Shown here: positions 30,712 through 41,969 of the stretch, piece after piece | How the letters are laid out: each line of letters begins with the position of its first letter | How positions within the stretch are numbered: position 1 is the stretch's first letter | DNA from: Candidatus Fermentibacteraceae bacterium | Lineage (GTDB): Bacteria > Fermentibacterota > Fermentibacteria > Fermentibacterales > JCC-6 | Length of the DNA stretch: 64,000 nt | Direction: 5' to 3' | NCBI GenBank assembly: GCA_041750285.1 | Contig: JBGSZS010000019.1 | Span: forward strand, 1 to 64,000 | Made by a program: the position numbers and the translations under genes | Notes under the pieces: model-generated | Told to the model about the DNA's origin: nothing | Databases searched by the model: none | The model's input: the letters and a program-made list of their open reading frames with translations, nothing else

Positions 30712-31778
30712 ATCGAGATCAGGTTGTCAACCATCCTCTCCATCCGGAAATGTTCGGCCCGTTCCAGACCTTTCATTGAAAGGGATTCACGACTTCTCCC
30801 GTGCCCGTCGATCCCGAGGATGGCTTCGGCAAGTGCCTCGTGGTTGCCCGGCTCGAAGAGGATGCCGGCGTCGCCGACAACTTCCGACAGACCGGAAACC
30901 CTTGAAGCGAAAACGGGGACCCCCGCCGCCATCGACTCGACCGCTGCGAGACCGAAACCTTCCGCCCTGGAGGACTGGACCGCGTAGTCGCAGGCTTTCA
31001 GGATGCCGGGAATGTCGGGACGGTTCCCCGGGAAGCTCACCCTTTGGCCCAGACCCAGCTCTCCGGCAAGGCTTTTCATGCCTTCCATCGTCGGGCCATC
31101 ACCGGGGAGCAGAAGACGAAAATTCCCGGGAAGAAGCCCCAGTGCGCGAATCACGGTTGCCTGATCCTTTTTCCGCGAGAAAGAGGCCGCCATAACGAGC
31201 AGTCTGTCTCCGGGGTCACACCCGGGGATGAGTTCCTGCCTCGACACGGGCCGGGCCATCCTGATGCGCTGAATGTCGACTCCGTTGTGGACGACCACTG
31301 CCCTTCCGGCAAGTGAGGGGCACCAGGAGAGGAGTTCCCCGCGAACGCCATCGCTGATGCAGATGATCCTTTTGTAACGCCGGTAGATCAGGGTTTCCAA
31401 AGGGCGCAGAAAGGGGAGTCCCCTCCTCCTGTTCGTCGTGCTGTGCTCGGTGTAGACCATCCCCGGGCCTTTTCGGGGACATGCGAGTGCCGTCCAGTAC
31501 AGCGCGGGGAACAGGTGGACATGCACAATGTCCGGGCCGACGGTCTTCAGGGACCGGCGGATCTCCGGAACCTGCGCGGGGGATGACAGTTCGCGCGCAC
31601 GGCTCCGCAGGACACGGAAGCCCATGCCTTCGATTTCTTCGAGTATCTCTTCGCCATGTTCCGAAAGCAGCAGTACCGAGACCTGAATACCCCTGTCCCG
31701 CATGTGCGGCAGGGAGTCCCTGAGAAGCACCTCCGCCCCGCCCCGGCGCAGGTTGTTTATGACATGCAGAAGCTTCAT
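30684..31778 (-). CDS. GT4 glycosyltransferase
   Basis: MKLLHVINNLRRGGAE, YTEHS, KKDQ, EGFGLAAVESMAAGVPV. Confidence 0.92.
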   Translation of the reverse strand: MKLLHVINNLRRGGAEVLLRDSLPHMRDRGIQVSVLLLSEHGEEILEEIEGMGFRVLRSRARELSSPAQVPEIRRSLKTVGPDIVHVHLFPALYWTALACPRKGPGMVYTEHSTTNRRRGLPFLRPLETLIYRRYKRIICISDGVRGELLSWCPSLAGRAVVVHNGVDIQRIRMARPVSRQELIPGCDPGDRLLVMAASFSRKKDQATVIRALGLLPGNFRLLLPGDGPTMEGMKSLAGELGLGQRVSFPGNRPDIPGILKACDYAVQSSRAEGFGLAAVESMAAGVPVFASRVSGLSEVVGDAGILFEPGNHEALAEAILGIDGHGRSRESLSMKGLERAEHFRMERMVDNLISIYGTVSGRS

Positions 31779-32857
31779 CCGGTTTTTCCCCCGCGTCTGA
31801 AAGGCAGTCCGGCGATCCGCCGGGCAAGCCCCAGCCTTCCGCGGGTTGAGAAGAGCACGGCGGCGAGGTGCGCACACGACCATCCGCATTGACACATACC
31901 GTCCGCAGACCTTCTGGAGAGGATCCGGGGGAGGCTGTAGTCATCCTTTCTCAGGTCGCCCAGGGGTTCGGCCATCATGCTCTCGCACGGGTAAACAAGG
32001 CCCGTTTCTCCAATGACGGCGATCTTCGATCCTCCCGGGCAGGCGAATCGGCGTCCGGTTCCGCCCAGAACGTCCAGTATGCTCTGCCGTGCCAGGGACT
32101 GAACCTCCCTGAAGACAAGGGCTCTGAACCCTGCCCTTCCCCTGTGCCGCAGGGAGTCGGCCAGGGCGGCTGCCTCCCGGAAGTCTTCGATCGGGTCCCC
32201 CCGGACCGACTCATCACGAGGTTCGCCATGAACCGGCACTATCGAATGGTCGTCCACGGACATGTTCCGCTCCACGAATTCCATGAGGTCACCTATCTGG
32301 TGCCGGTTGTATGCGTTGAGCACCGAGCAGACCTTGAGCCTGAGCCCTGGATGTTCTTTCTGAAGGTCACGCAGATTCCCGTAGGTTTCCAGTGCCTTTT
32401 CGAAGTTGCCCGGAACACCCCGGATGGTGTCGTGCACGGCGCCTATGCCGTCGATGGAAAGCTCGACCTGAAGGATGGTTCTCGGGCAGGCCTGCAGTAT
32501 CTGCAGTGTCCTGTCCCTTATCTGCGCCGGGCGAAGACAGTTGGTGGGTATGTTTATCATCATGGTTCCGGCCCGGGTGCTGAATGCCTCGCAAATGCCT
32601 GCTATGTCATCCCTGAGGAAAGGTTCTCCCCCCGACAGGGAGAGAAAGACGCTCCGTTTGCAGGAATCGGCTATCCTCCCGATCTCCTCAAGGGTGAGTT
32701 CCTGCTCCTTCGGCTTCGAGTTGAGGTTCCTCCAGTTGAAACAGGTAACACATCTGGCGTCGCATCTGGACGTAACAAAGAAGATCAGGTACGGGGGCGT
32801 CGGGGAGGAGAGGCTGCGAAGCGCCATTGAGACGAAACCGTAGGGCCGCCGACTCAT
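31775..32857 (-). CDS. Radical SAM/SPASM-twitch domain protein
   Basis: CDARCVTC (CxxxCxxC), SGGEPFLR, SIDG...HDTIRG, CPGG...VYPCE...CQCGWSC. Confidence 0.9.
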   Translation of the reverse strand: MSRRPYGFVSMALRSLSSPTPPYLIFFVTSRCDARCVTCFNWRNLNSKPKEQELTLEEIGRIADSCKRSVFLSLSGGEPFLRDDIAGICEAFSTRAGTMMINIPTNCLRPAQIRDRTLQILQACPRTILQVELSIDGIGAVHDTIRGVPGNFEKALETYGNLRDLQKEHPGLRLKVCSVLNAYNRHQIGDLMEFVERNMSVDDHSIVPVHGEPRDESVRGDPIEDFREAAALADSLRHRGRAGFRALVFREVQSLARQSILDVLGGTGRRFACPGGSKIAVIGETGLVYPCESMMAEPLGDLRKDDYSLPRILSRRSADGMCQCGWSCAHLAAVLFSTRGRLGLARRIAGLPFRRGGKTG

Positions 32858-33837
32858 CGGAATGCACCGTACCTTTCCGCCCGGTGGGCCAGGACGGCAC
32901 TGTGCCTGCGACGGGTGAGGATCGTGTGCAGCAGGCCGAGCGTGAATCCCGTGGCTATGAGGAAGTGATGGATCGGGTGGCACAATGGAAGAAGGCAGGC
33001 CGCCCGGTCGCGGGGCATGCGAATGAGGGAGTCGAGGAGAATCGCGCATGCGTAGATAAGCAGTGCGGCTACCATGAGTCGCGGCACCGCAACGAGCGCC
33101 GGTGCCAGGACCAGCCCTGCAAGCATGGCCAGCACCCCGGGAATCCGGAGGAATATCTCGGGGAGGAGAACCGTGTTCCTGCCTGTTGCGTATCGCGCCT
33201 TGAACTGGTGGGGCAGAAAACCATGGAAGAAGCCCCTCCGCCGGTGCCGCACCGTGAAACTCCTGCGAAAGACGGGACGGTAGCCAAGACGAAGGGCTAT
33301 ATAGAAAAATTCCGTGTCATCCACGCGCCAGTCGGCCAGCTCGTTGAAGCCGCCGACCCTTTCCCATACCTCCCGCTTCACCAGGCAGTTGCACAGATAG
33401 ATCGAGCTGAATCCCGGAGATGCCCCGTCACGGGATCCGTAGAGCAGGCTTCCCTCGCCAAGTGCGGATGTGGTGACGAGGTCGGAGAGTCTTTCATCGA
33501 GGCAGTTTCCCATTGGAAGCGTGGGGCCGGTGACTATCGGATCCGGGCCGCCGATGGCTTCCCCGAGGGCCGTGAACCACTCATCCGTTGGCAGGGTATC
33601 GTCATCGAGAAAGACGATCCATGGTGCATTGGTGGCCTTCACCCCGAGGTTCCGCCTGATGGAGGCGTGTCTCTCACCTGTCTCGATGCAGCGCATTCCG
33701 TGCGGAAGCCCGGGTATGGTGCTCTCCGCCACCAGGATTACTTCACTCCCATTCCGTGACACCCACTGATCGAGAGAGGCCGCGAGAACCCCTGCGTCGT
33801 CCGGCCGGGTCACCGGAACCACGAACGCGATGTTCAT
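32854..33837 (-). CDS. GT2 glycosyltransferase with C-terminal TM helices
   Basis: RNLGV, IVFLDDD, VGGFNE, DDTEF. Confidence 0.85.
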   Translation of the reverse strand: MNIAFVVPVTRPDDAGVLAASLDQWVSRNGSEVILVAESTIPGLPHGMRCIETGERHASIRRNLGVKATNAPWIVFLDDDTLPTDEWFTALGEAIGGPDPIVTGPTLPMGNCLDERLSDLVTTSALGEGSLLYGSRDGASPGFSSIYLCNCLVKREVWERVGGFNELADWRVDDTEFFYIALRLGYRPVFRRSFTVRHRRRGFFHGFLPHQFKARYATGRNTVLLPEIFLRIPGVLAMLAGLVLAPALVAVPRLMVAALLIYACAILLDSLIRMPRDRAACLLPLCHPIHHFLIATGFTLGLLHTILTRRRHSAVLAHRAERYGAFR

Positions 33838-35027
33838 CGGATGACCGTGAGCCTGCAGCTCCCCTCCATTCCGCCTGTCACCCGGGCGTGGTAGACCCCG
33901 GATGGCAGCCCGTGGCAGAAGAATGAGTGCCTTCCCGGAGAGAGTGGACCCGAATGGAGCGATGCCACACGTCTTCCCGCAAGGTCGTGAATGGTTATGG
34001 CGCATGAAGCGGCCAAGCGGTTGAAGACGACTATCTCCGGCGCCGCCGCCGGACCCGTTGCACTGATCCCGAAGCCCGGGTGGGGCTCCGGTACTCCCGC
34101 CGGGTCGTACCCTATCACGTACAGCTTGTTGGAGCTTGTGCAGGGGACAGCAATGAAAGCCCCGTCCGGCGAGAAGCAGGGCCTTCCTGGAGAGGCGCCG
34201 ACCGGAATCTGACCCGCGTACTGGAAGTCTGCCGAATCGATGACCTCGATCCTGTTATCTGAGGTGGAAACGGCGAACAGATAGGGAAGCTGAGGAGTTG
34301 AAGCGAGCCAGCCAGGTTCGGATCCCGGCAGTTCCAGGCTGCCCGTGACCAGAAGCGAGGATTCATCCACCCTGAGAAGCATTTCCCAACCGGGGTTGGA
34401 GAGGTAGATCGAGCCTTCGGTCAGCAGGCAGTCGAAACTGTCCATTCCCGAAACGAACCTCTGAGCGGGGCCCTGGGGAAGTGAAAGAGCCGTCTCGTTC
34501 GGGCTCTGGTTGTCTGCGATGTAAAGGGTCTGGCCATCGGGGGACAGGTGGCACCCGCCGGGCTGGTTTCCGACCCATATCGAAGAGACAAGTTCCATGG
34601 CCGCGATGTCGATGATGCTCGCGAAACCTCCGTTGTGCGAAAGGTAGGCATACGCGCCACCGGGGGAGAGGGCGAACTCGACCGGTCCCGGCTCGATGGC
34701 TTCCTCGCCCAGAAGGGTCATGGTCTGACCGTCCACGAAGAGAAGCCTTCCAAGCTCTCCGTCGGCGACGATGACAGTGTTGCCCGGTGTGCAGGCGACG
34801 CACTCGGGCGTTCCGCCGAGCGACAGCACTCCGCTCACGGTCCATGTCTGGGTGCTGATCTTCGTCAGCAAACCGTATCCGACCGCCACGAAGACGTATT
34901 CGCCGTCGGGTGAGAAGCTGGCGTCGTTCGGGCTCTGTCCGGTGGACACGGTCGCTATCACGGTATCGGGCCACTGGGCCTGAAGACAGGCCGCGGCGAT
35001 CGAAAGCAGTACCAGGGTTTTTTTCAT
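33834..35027 (-). CDS. Secreted YVTN/YncE-type beta-propeller with C-terminal FlgD/T9SS-like domain
   Basis: Signal peptide; SPDG repeats; C-terminus IHDLAGRRVASL...LPSGVY. Confidence 0.8.
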   Translation of the reverse strand: MKKTLVLLSIAAACLQAQWPDTVIATVSTGQSPNDASFSPDGEYVFVAVGYGLLTKISTQTWTVSGVLSLGGTPECVACTPGNTVIVADGELGRLLFVDGQTMTLLGEEAIEPGPVEFALSPGGAYAYLSHNGGFASIIDIAAMELVSSIWVGNQPGGCHLSPDGQTLYIADNQSPNETALSLPQGPAQRFVSGMDSFDCLLTEGSIYLSNPGWEMLLRVDESSLLVTGSLELPGSEPGWLASTPQLPYLFAVSTSDNRIEVIDSADFQYAGQIPVGASPGRPCFSPDGAFIAVPCTSSNKLYVIGYDPAGVPEPHPGFGISATGPAAAPEIVVFNRLAASCAITIHDLAGRRVASLHSGPLSPGRHSFFCHGLPSGVYHARVTGGMEGSCRLTVIR

Positions 35028-36313
35028 CAGCGCCTCAACAGCTCGGTCACGGGTGTGCCGAGGATCCGTCTGAAGAAGAACCATGCCCACGCCGTGGAGA
35101 CCAGAAGCACGGTTCCCAGCCCCGCTGCCAGGTGGAGCACGGGGAAGACCGCCAGGGACGGCACCGCCATGCGCAGCACGGGAAGCAGCGTGAGAAGCCC
35201 ATAGCTCACAAGGGCCGAAAGCCCGCAGCCGAGAAGTCCGCCAAGGGCAGTGGTGACGGCGGACATGAGAAAGATCTGAAAAGCGAAGACCTGTGCCAGC
35301 CGGTCGCTGGTGGTTCCCAGTGCGACCAGCACGCCCAGGGCGTAAGAGCGGTTCCTGAGGTCAGCAACAAGGGTGTGGACCGCGCTGGCCAGGGCGGCAC
35401 CGAGTATGGCAACCGCCAGGGCGCCCAGGGCTGCGGTGACTATCCCCACCAGTATCTCGGCCTTCTGGGCTATTCCGCGGTGGGTCTCGGCGCTGAGCCC
35501 CAGAGATTCCGCCCTGCGGACGATCTCGGGAACCTCTTCGGCAGTTGTCGCGGTCACCATCAGGGCGCTGTAGCTGTGGGGTCTGTCCGGAAGGTACATC
35601 TGATTAACCTCTTCGACGAAACCGATCGGAACCGCCAGTGCGAAGAGGGCCATGTTCCTGCTTGTTCCCACGATCTGGGCGTTGATCGTCACCGGTCTTG
35701 CCTGAAGGCTTGTGAGCGAACTGGCACCCAGGGTGATCTGGCACTCGAGGCCCACCACACCCTGCTGCGTGAGCCCCATCAGACCATTCGGATCCGCGAA
35801 TCCGGCGTTGTATAGAAGAAGCAGGTTTTCGGAGAGAATTATGGGAAGCCGTGTCCGGGAGCTGTCCGCCAGTGTGTAGTCCCACCCGAACCTTTCCAGA
35901 AGGCTGTCGGGGACGAAGGCTTCGGTCACTCCCTCCAGGGTTATGTCCGTGTAGTAGTTCCTCCCGCCGAGAAGCCCCCGGAGGTAGGCGGGTACACGTG
36001 CGTAGACCTGTCTGTCGATCCGGGCCACCTGGGGCATTTTCTCAAGTGAGTCCAGAAGGGCGTCGGTGATCTCCACTCCGCCCCGTTCGGTCTGGAAGGA
36101 ACCCGCTGATATGACCTGGGGCGTGACCCTGACCTGCTCTTCCGGAAGGTCGCTTGAAAGGAACCGGTCGAGGATGCGGCCGACCCCGAGCCCAATGGAA
36201 ATGAAGAACACGAGAAGCAGGGAAGCAACGAGAAGCATTGCCTGGCTGAAAAGGTAATCCCTCCAGTGACCCTTGTTCCAGAGGTGCATGGCCCTACGCA
36301 TGGATGCCCTCAT
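35027..36313 (-). CDS. ABC transporter permease, FtsX/MacB/LolE-like
   Basis: TM, large periplasmic domain, then 3 TM; R...LGVLVALG motif; next to the ATPase. Confidence 0.8.
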   Translation of the reverse strand: MRASMRRAMHLWNKGHWRDYLFSQAMLLVASLLLVFFISIGLGVGRILDRFLSSDLPEEQVRVTPQVISAGSFQTERGGVEITDALLDSLEKMPQVARIDRQVYARVPAYLRGLLGGRNYYTDITLEGVTEAFVPDSLLERFGWDYTLADSSRTRLPIILSENLLLLYNAGFADPNGLMGLTQQGVVGLECQITLGASSLTSLQARPVTINAQIVGTSRNMALFALAVPIGFVEEVNQMYLPDRPHSYSALMVTATTAEEVPEIVRRAESLGLSAETHRGIAQKAEILVGIVTAALGALAVAILGAALASAVHTLVADLRNRSYALGVLVALGTTSDRLAQVFAFQIFLMSAVTTALGGLLGCGLSALVSYGLLTLLPVLRMAVPSLAVFPVLHLAAGLGTVLLVSTAWAWFFFRRILGTPVTELLRR

Positions 36314-36968
36314 CGTGAAGCACCCCCTCTCTGAGGTCAAGCACCTGATCGGCCCTCTCCAGAACGCTTTTTGTGTGAACCACGGCAACGAGGGCGAACC
36401 CCTTCTCCCTTCGCATCGCGTCGAGAAGATCGAAGAGGATGTCTTCGCTTGCCTCGTCGAGGCTTGCCGTGGGCTCGTCCGCAAGGAGAACCCGTGGCTT
36501 GCCCGCCAGGGCTCTGGCCGCTGCCACCCTTTGTCTCTCCCCCCTGGAGAGGAAACGGCTCGATGTGGCATCCATGCGGACCCCGAGCCGGTCCAGCAGA
36601 TCGACCGCCTCCCTCTCGACGGGTTCCATGTCCCTTCCGGAGAAAACCGCGGGGAGAAGAACGTTTTCGAGTGCCGTCAGGTTGGGCAGAAGATGGAAGT
36701 CCTGGAATATGAATCCCATCTGTTCGCGGCGAAGAGCCGCAAGGGCTTCACCCTCGAGGGTCGAGGTATCCGTTCCGGAGATGCTCAGGCTTCCCTGAAA
36801 ATCGCGGTCGAGGGTGCCCAGTATCCCGAGGAGGGTGCTTTTGCCAGAACCGCTCCTGCCCGTGATCGCAACGAATTCGCCATCGCCGACGCTAATGGAA
36901 AGACCCCGCAGAACGGGCATGTCGCCGAACGACCTGCAAATCCCCTGGGCCCTGATGACGGAGCTCAA
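36294..36968 (-). CDS. ABC transporter ATP-binding protein, LolD/MacB-like
   Basis: GRSGSGKSTLL, GFIFQDFHLL, LSRGERQRVAAARAL, LADEPTASLD. Confidence 0.92.
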   Translation of the reverse strand: MSSVIRAQGICRSFGDMPVLRGLSISVGDGEFVAITGRSGSGKSTLLGILGTLDRDFQGSLSISGTDTSTLEGEALAALRREQMGFIFQDFHLLPNLTALENVLLPAVFSGRDMEPVEREAVDLLDRLGVRMDATSSRFLSRGERQRVAAARALAGKPRVLLADEPTASLDEASEDILFDLLDAMRREKGFALVAVVHTKSVLERADQVLDLREGVLHDEGIHA

Positions 36969-37807
36969 AGCAGGTCTCCGGCCAGACCGGAAAGAAGAAT
37001 GAAAGCGCTGTCCGGGGTTATGGCTGTGTCGGTCAGGGTGAGTTCGGCCGAGGTCATGGCGCCGTCTTCCCGGGCAAGCCTGGCCTCCAGCGAGATCGGG
37101 CCGGTCGAAGGCCAGGACACCGAGAGGGTGAGCGCCGAGGGACGCACCACCCGGGCCACCGCGGTGTAATCATCCCACCAGGGAACGTACCTCTCCACCG
37201 GAAGCAGCGAAACGAAGGTGAACAGGTTGCCCGGAAGCATGAGGGTGGCGTGATGCGATGCGGGAAGCGCCTGCAGCAGGGCTTCATCCGACGCCAGAGA
37301 CCCCATTTCGTCCATTCGGAGCCATGCGTCCATCGTCACATTTGCCGCAGGTCCGATGTATACGGCCGTCCATCCCTTTCTTGAGGAAACCGAAGCCCTG
37401 ACAAGGCCGCTGTCGTCCGAAAGATCCGCTCTGTCCTCACCTTCGGTCACCGTGAGGTTGAGGGTCGTCGAAACCAGTGAGGCCGCGTTCTGACGCGAGA
37501 CCCTGCGGGTGAGGAAGAGGAACTGGGGCGAGACCGATGTTATGTCCACCCCCATTAGGGTCACGCCGACGGGACCCCGGGTGAGAAGCGATTCTGCGAT
37601 GACAAGGTTCCTGTCCAGAGACATTATCTCGTTCAGCAGCAGCGGCGACATTCCCCTTTCCAGATGCACGTGGAAAAGGCACGTGCCCGGTACCATTGCC
37701 AGCTCGTTCCTGACTCCGCCGCCACACCCGGCAGTCAGTACCGTCAGGCAGGCAAGGGCAAGAAACAGCGGCGCAAAGGGAACCATTCCATTGCGGATCG
37801 TTGACAT
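36965..37807 (-). CDS. Hypothetical lipoprotein
   Basis: GGAGG SD before ATG 37807; lipobox LTAGC; first gene of the minus-strand operon. Confidence 0.65.
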   Translation of the reverse strand: MSTIRNGMVPFAPLFLALACLTVLTAGCGGGVRNELAMVPGTCLFHVHLERGMSPLLLNEIMSLDRNLVIAESLLTRGPVGVTLMGVDITSVSPQFLFLTRRVSRQNAASLVSTTLNLTVTEGEDRADLSDDSGLVRASVSSRKGWTAVYIGPAANVTMDAWLRMDEMGSLASDEALLQALPASHHATLMLPGNLFTFVSLLPVERYVPWWDDYTAVARVVRPSALTLSVSWPSTGPISLEARLAREDGAMTSAELTLTDTAITPDSAFILLSGLAGDLL

Positions 37808-37924
37808 TTTACCTCCAAGGCGTATCTTCACCACCCGGTAGAGTATGTTGGAAGAGACGCTTCGTCAACTTGCAGCCGGAAAGCCGGGCAAAGCTTGACG
37901 GATTGTGTTTTTCTGTTGTATGTT
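37801..37924 (+). promoter_or_regulatory. Candidate tandem sigma70 promoters for the tRNA-tuf operon
   Basis: TTGACA(37801)-16-TATCTT and TTGACG(37895)-18-TATGTT. Confidence 0.5.
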
Positions 37925-37935
37925 CGTGTCCCTGT

Positions 37936-38011
37936 GCTGGCGTAGCTCAATTGGCAGAGCAGCTGATTTGTAATCAGCAGGTTGCGGGTTCAATTCCCAT
38001 CGCCAGCTCCA
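37936..38011 (+). tRNA. tRNA-Thr(TGT)
   Basis: 76-nt cloverleaf, anticodon arm GCTGA-TTTGTAA-TCAGC, encoded CCA. Confidence 0.97.
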
Positions 38012-38051
38012 GGCAGAAACACGCTTTGGGTGGCGTTTTTTCATAGACGGT

Positions 38052-38137
38052 GGCGAGGTTCCCGAGCGGCCAAAGGGGGCAGACTGTAAATCTGTTGGCG
38101 GACGCCTACGGTGGTTCGAATCCACCCCTCGCCACCA
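38052..38137 (+). tRNA. tRNA-Tyr(GTA)
   Basis: 86 nt with long variable arm, GCAGA-CTGTAAA-TCTGT, encoded CCA. Confidence 0.97.
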
Positions 38138-38156
38138 CGGTTTTTTGTTTTTCTGA

Positions 38157-38232
38157 GCGGGAGTAGCTCAGTTGGCAGAGCATCAGCCTTCCAAGCTGAG
38201 GGTCGCGGGTTCAAACCCCGTCTCCCGCTCCA
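38157..38232 (+). tRNA. tRNA-Gly(TCC)
   Basis: 76 nt, TCAGC-CTTCCAA-GCTGA, encoded CCA. Confidence 0.97.
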
Positions 38233-38255
38233 GCAAGTTTTCGCAAGGTCGAGAG

Positions 38256-38331
<76 letters not shown>

Positions 38332-38404
38332 GACCGTGAGTTGATGAAAAGGGCGGACCATCCGGGTCAACCGGGAAACCCACTGATGAGAGGGAGCCAG
38401 ACAC

Positions 38405-39601
<1,197 letters not shown>

Positions 39602-39608
39602 GTAAAAG

Positions 39609-39758
39609 GTGCGAGTTATAATCAACCTGGCCTGTTCCGAGTGCAAGCGTCGCAACTACAGCACCACGAAGAACAAGAGAACTCATCCGGACAGGATTGA
39701 GCTGAACAAGTATTGCCGGTTCTGCCAGAAGCACACCAAGCACAGGGAAGGCAAATAG
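39609..39758 (+). CDS. rpmG: 50S ribosomal protein L33 (Zn-binding type; below the ORF-track length cutoff)
   Basis: GTG start; [49 protein letters not shown]. Confidence 0.96.
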   Translation: MRVIINLACSECKRRNYSTTKNKRTHPDRIELNKYCRFCQKHTKHREGK

Positions 39759-39784
39759 GACCGGGCGGGGATTGAAGGGAACGC

Positions 39785-39860
39785 AGGGCAGTAGCACAAT
39801 TGGCAGTGCACCGGACTCCAAATCCGGGGGTTGAGGGTTCAAGTCCTTCCTGCCCTGCCA
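39785..39860 (+). tRNA. tRNA-Trp(CCA)
   Basis: 76 nt, CCGGA-CTCCAAA-TCCGG, encoded CCA. Confidence 0.97.
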
Positions 39861-39900
39861 GATTCCCTTACGGAACTAAAACGGGACGGAGTACGGAAAG

Positions 39901-40143
39901 ATGGCGGCAAAAGCGGCCGACGGCGGAAAACTTGGCTTCCTGTCCAGATGGGCAAGGCTTGCAGTTGAATTCCTGGCCGAAGTCAAGGCGGAACTGACAA
40001 AGGTCGCCTGGCCCACCAAGGATGAGACGATCGCCTCCACCTGGGTAATCCTGGCGGCAGTTGCCGTGGTATCGGTCTGGATATTCCTGACCGACACCGT
40101 GTCCTCGCAGACGATGGCCTTCCTCATAAGGTCGTTCAACTGA
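39901..40143 (+). CDS. secE: Preprotein translocase subunit SecE
   Basis: EVKAELTKVAWPTKDE followed by one TM; conserved position. Confidence 0.95.
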   Translation: MAAKAADGGKLGFLSRWARLAVEFLAEVKAELTKVAWPTKDETIASTWVILAAVAVVSVWIFLTDTVSSQTMAFLIRSFN

Positions 40144-40733
40144 TGGTCGCCGCTTCACCGGCGGTCCCGGAAGGAACCGTCGCACCGGATGGCGCGAATT
40201 CCGCTCTCAAATGGTACGTGGTGCACTCCTACTCCGGGTACGAACTCAGGGTCAGGAAATTTCTGGAGGGTCCCCTCTCAAGGAAGTTTCCAGAACGGGT
40301 CGGGAAGGTCGTGATACCAACCGAGGAGATCACGAACCGGCGGAACGGGAAGGACGTCACCAGGGAGAAGAAGCTCTACCCCGGATACGTTTTCGTTCAG
40401 CTCGAGCTCGATGACGAAATGATCCTCGACATCAGGGGAATGGTGAACGTCAGTGGTTTTCCCCCGATGAACAAGGGCCGGCCCACCCCCCTGTCCGAAA
40501 CCGACATGAAAAGGATACTGGGTCAGTCCGACGGCAGCACGGAGGAGAAGAAGGTCGTCAGGATCTCGTTCAAGGTGGGCCAGACCGTCAGGGTGGTGGA
40601 AGGCCCGTTCAGAAACTTCACCGGCGTCGTGGAATCGCTGAACCCTGAAAGGGGAAAAGTCAGGGTCATCTTCACCATCTTCGGCCGAAAGGCTCCGGTG
40701 GAGATCGATCATTCCCAGGTAAGACTGGTCTAG
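40143..40733 (+). CDS. nusG: Transcription factor NusG
   Basis: [22 protein letters not shown] motif [15 protein letters not shown]. Confidence 0.97.
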   Translation: MVAASPAVPEGTVAPDGANSALKWYVVHSYSGYELRVRKFLEGPLSRKFPERVGKVVIPTEEITNRRNGKDVTREKKLYPGYVFVQLELDDEMILDIRGMVNVSGFPPMNKGRPTPLSETDMKRILGQSDGSTEEKKVVRISFKVGQTVRVVEGPFRNFTGVVESLNPERGKVRVIFTIFGRKAPVEIDHSQVRLV

Positions 40734-40833
40734 GCAAGACCGCCCGGACCTTTACAAAGGGGCCGAACAACCCCGCAATCGATCCGTGACCGTTCCATCA
40801 AGGGGAGGAACGGAGCGGATGAAAGGAGTTCCC

Positions 40834-41262
40834 ATGGCCAAGAAGATCTTGGGCATGGTAAAGCTTCAGCTCTCTGCAGGACAGGCTACACCCGCCCCCC
40901 CGGTGGGTCCCGCCCTCGGCCAGTACGGAATCAATCTGGCCGGATTCTGCAAGGAGTTCAATGCCCGTACCCAGGGGCAGGAAGGCCTGATCATCCCCGC
41001 GGTGGTCACGGTCTACAAGGACAGAAGCTTTACCTTTGAGCTCAAGTCACCTCCCGCGGCGATCCTTCTGAAAAGGGCTGCCGGCCTGGCGAAGGGGTCG
41101 GCGGAATCCAACCGCACCAAGGTTGGCACCGTCACCACCGCACAGTGCCGCGAGATCGCCCGCACCAAGATGAAGGACCTCAACGCGGCATCCGAGGACG
41201 CCGCCGTAGAGATGATCCGTGGCACGGCCCGCAGCATGGGCCTGGAGGTGGTGGATGGCTAA
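40834..41262 (+). CDS. rplK: 50S ribosomal protein L11
   Basis: [32 protein letters not shown]. Confidence 0.98.
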   Translation: MAKKILGMVKLQLSAGQATPAPPVGPALGQYGINLAGFCKEFNARTQGQEGLIIPAVVTVYKDRSFTFELKSPPAAILLKRAAGLAKGSAESNRTKVGTVTTAQCREIARTKMKDLNAASEDAAVEMIRGTARSMGLEVVDG

Positions 41263-41959
41263 GGTCAGCAGAAGGTTTGCCAAGGCCAGGGAGGCGGTCG
41301 ACCGCCAGAGGATCTACTCGCTCGACGAGACCATCACCCTGGTGAAGGGCGCCGCCACAGCGAAGTTCGACGAGACCGTTGAGGTCGCGGTGAACCTGGG
41401 CGTGAATCCGAAGCACTCGGATCAGGTCGTCCGCGGAACCTGCATCCTTCCACACGGCACCGGAAGAACGGTCCGTGTACTGGTCTTCGCCAGGGGCGAG
41501 AAGGCCGAAGAGGCCCGGGAAGCCGGCGCAGATTCCATTGGCGACGACGAGACAGTGGAGAGGATCAAGGGCGGCTGGATGGATTTCGATGTCGTCATCG
41601 CAACACCGGACATGATGAAGGTCCTGGGCGCGGTGGCCAGGATCCTCGGTCCCCGGGGTCTCATGCCCAACCCCAAGACCGGAACCGTGACAATGGACGT
41701 GTCACAGGCGGTCAGGGAGGCGAAAGCCGGGAAGATCAACTTCAGGGTTGACAAGACCGGCGTGCTTCATGTTCCTGTGGGCAAGGCCAGCTTCGAGGAG
41801 CCGGCCCTCAGGGAGAACATTGTGGCCTTCATGGAGAAGGTGATGCAGCTCAAACCCGCAACCGCCAAGGGCAAGTACATCATCAGCATGTCGGTCTCAT
41901 CCACCATGGGTCCCGGAGTTCGGGTTGATACCGCCGACCTCCGGCTGGTTCTCAAGTGA
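41255..41959 (+). CDS. rplA: 50S ribosomal protein L1
   Basis: [38 protein letters not shown]. Confidence 0.98.
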   Translation: MAKVSRRFAKAREAVDRQRIYSLDETITLVKGAATAKFDETVEVAVNLGVNPKHSDQVVRGTCILPHGTGRTVRVLVFARGEKAEEAREAGADSIGDDETVERIKGGWMDFDVVIATPDMMKVLGAVARILGPRGLMPNPKTGTVTMDVSQAVREAKAGKINFRVDKTGVLHVPVGKASFEEPALRENIVAFMEKVMQLKPATAKGKYIISMSVSSTMGPGVRVDTADLRLVLK

Positions 41960-41969
41960 GGAGGGTGGA

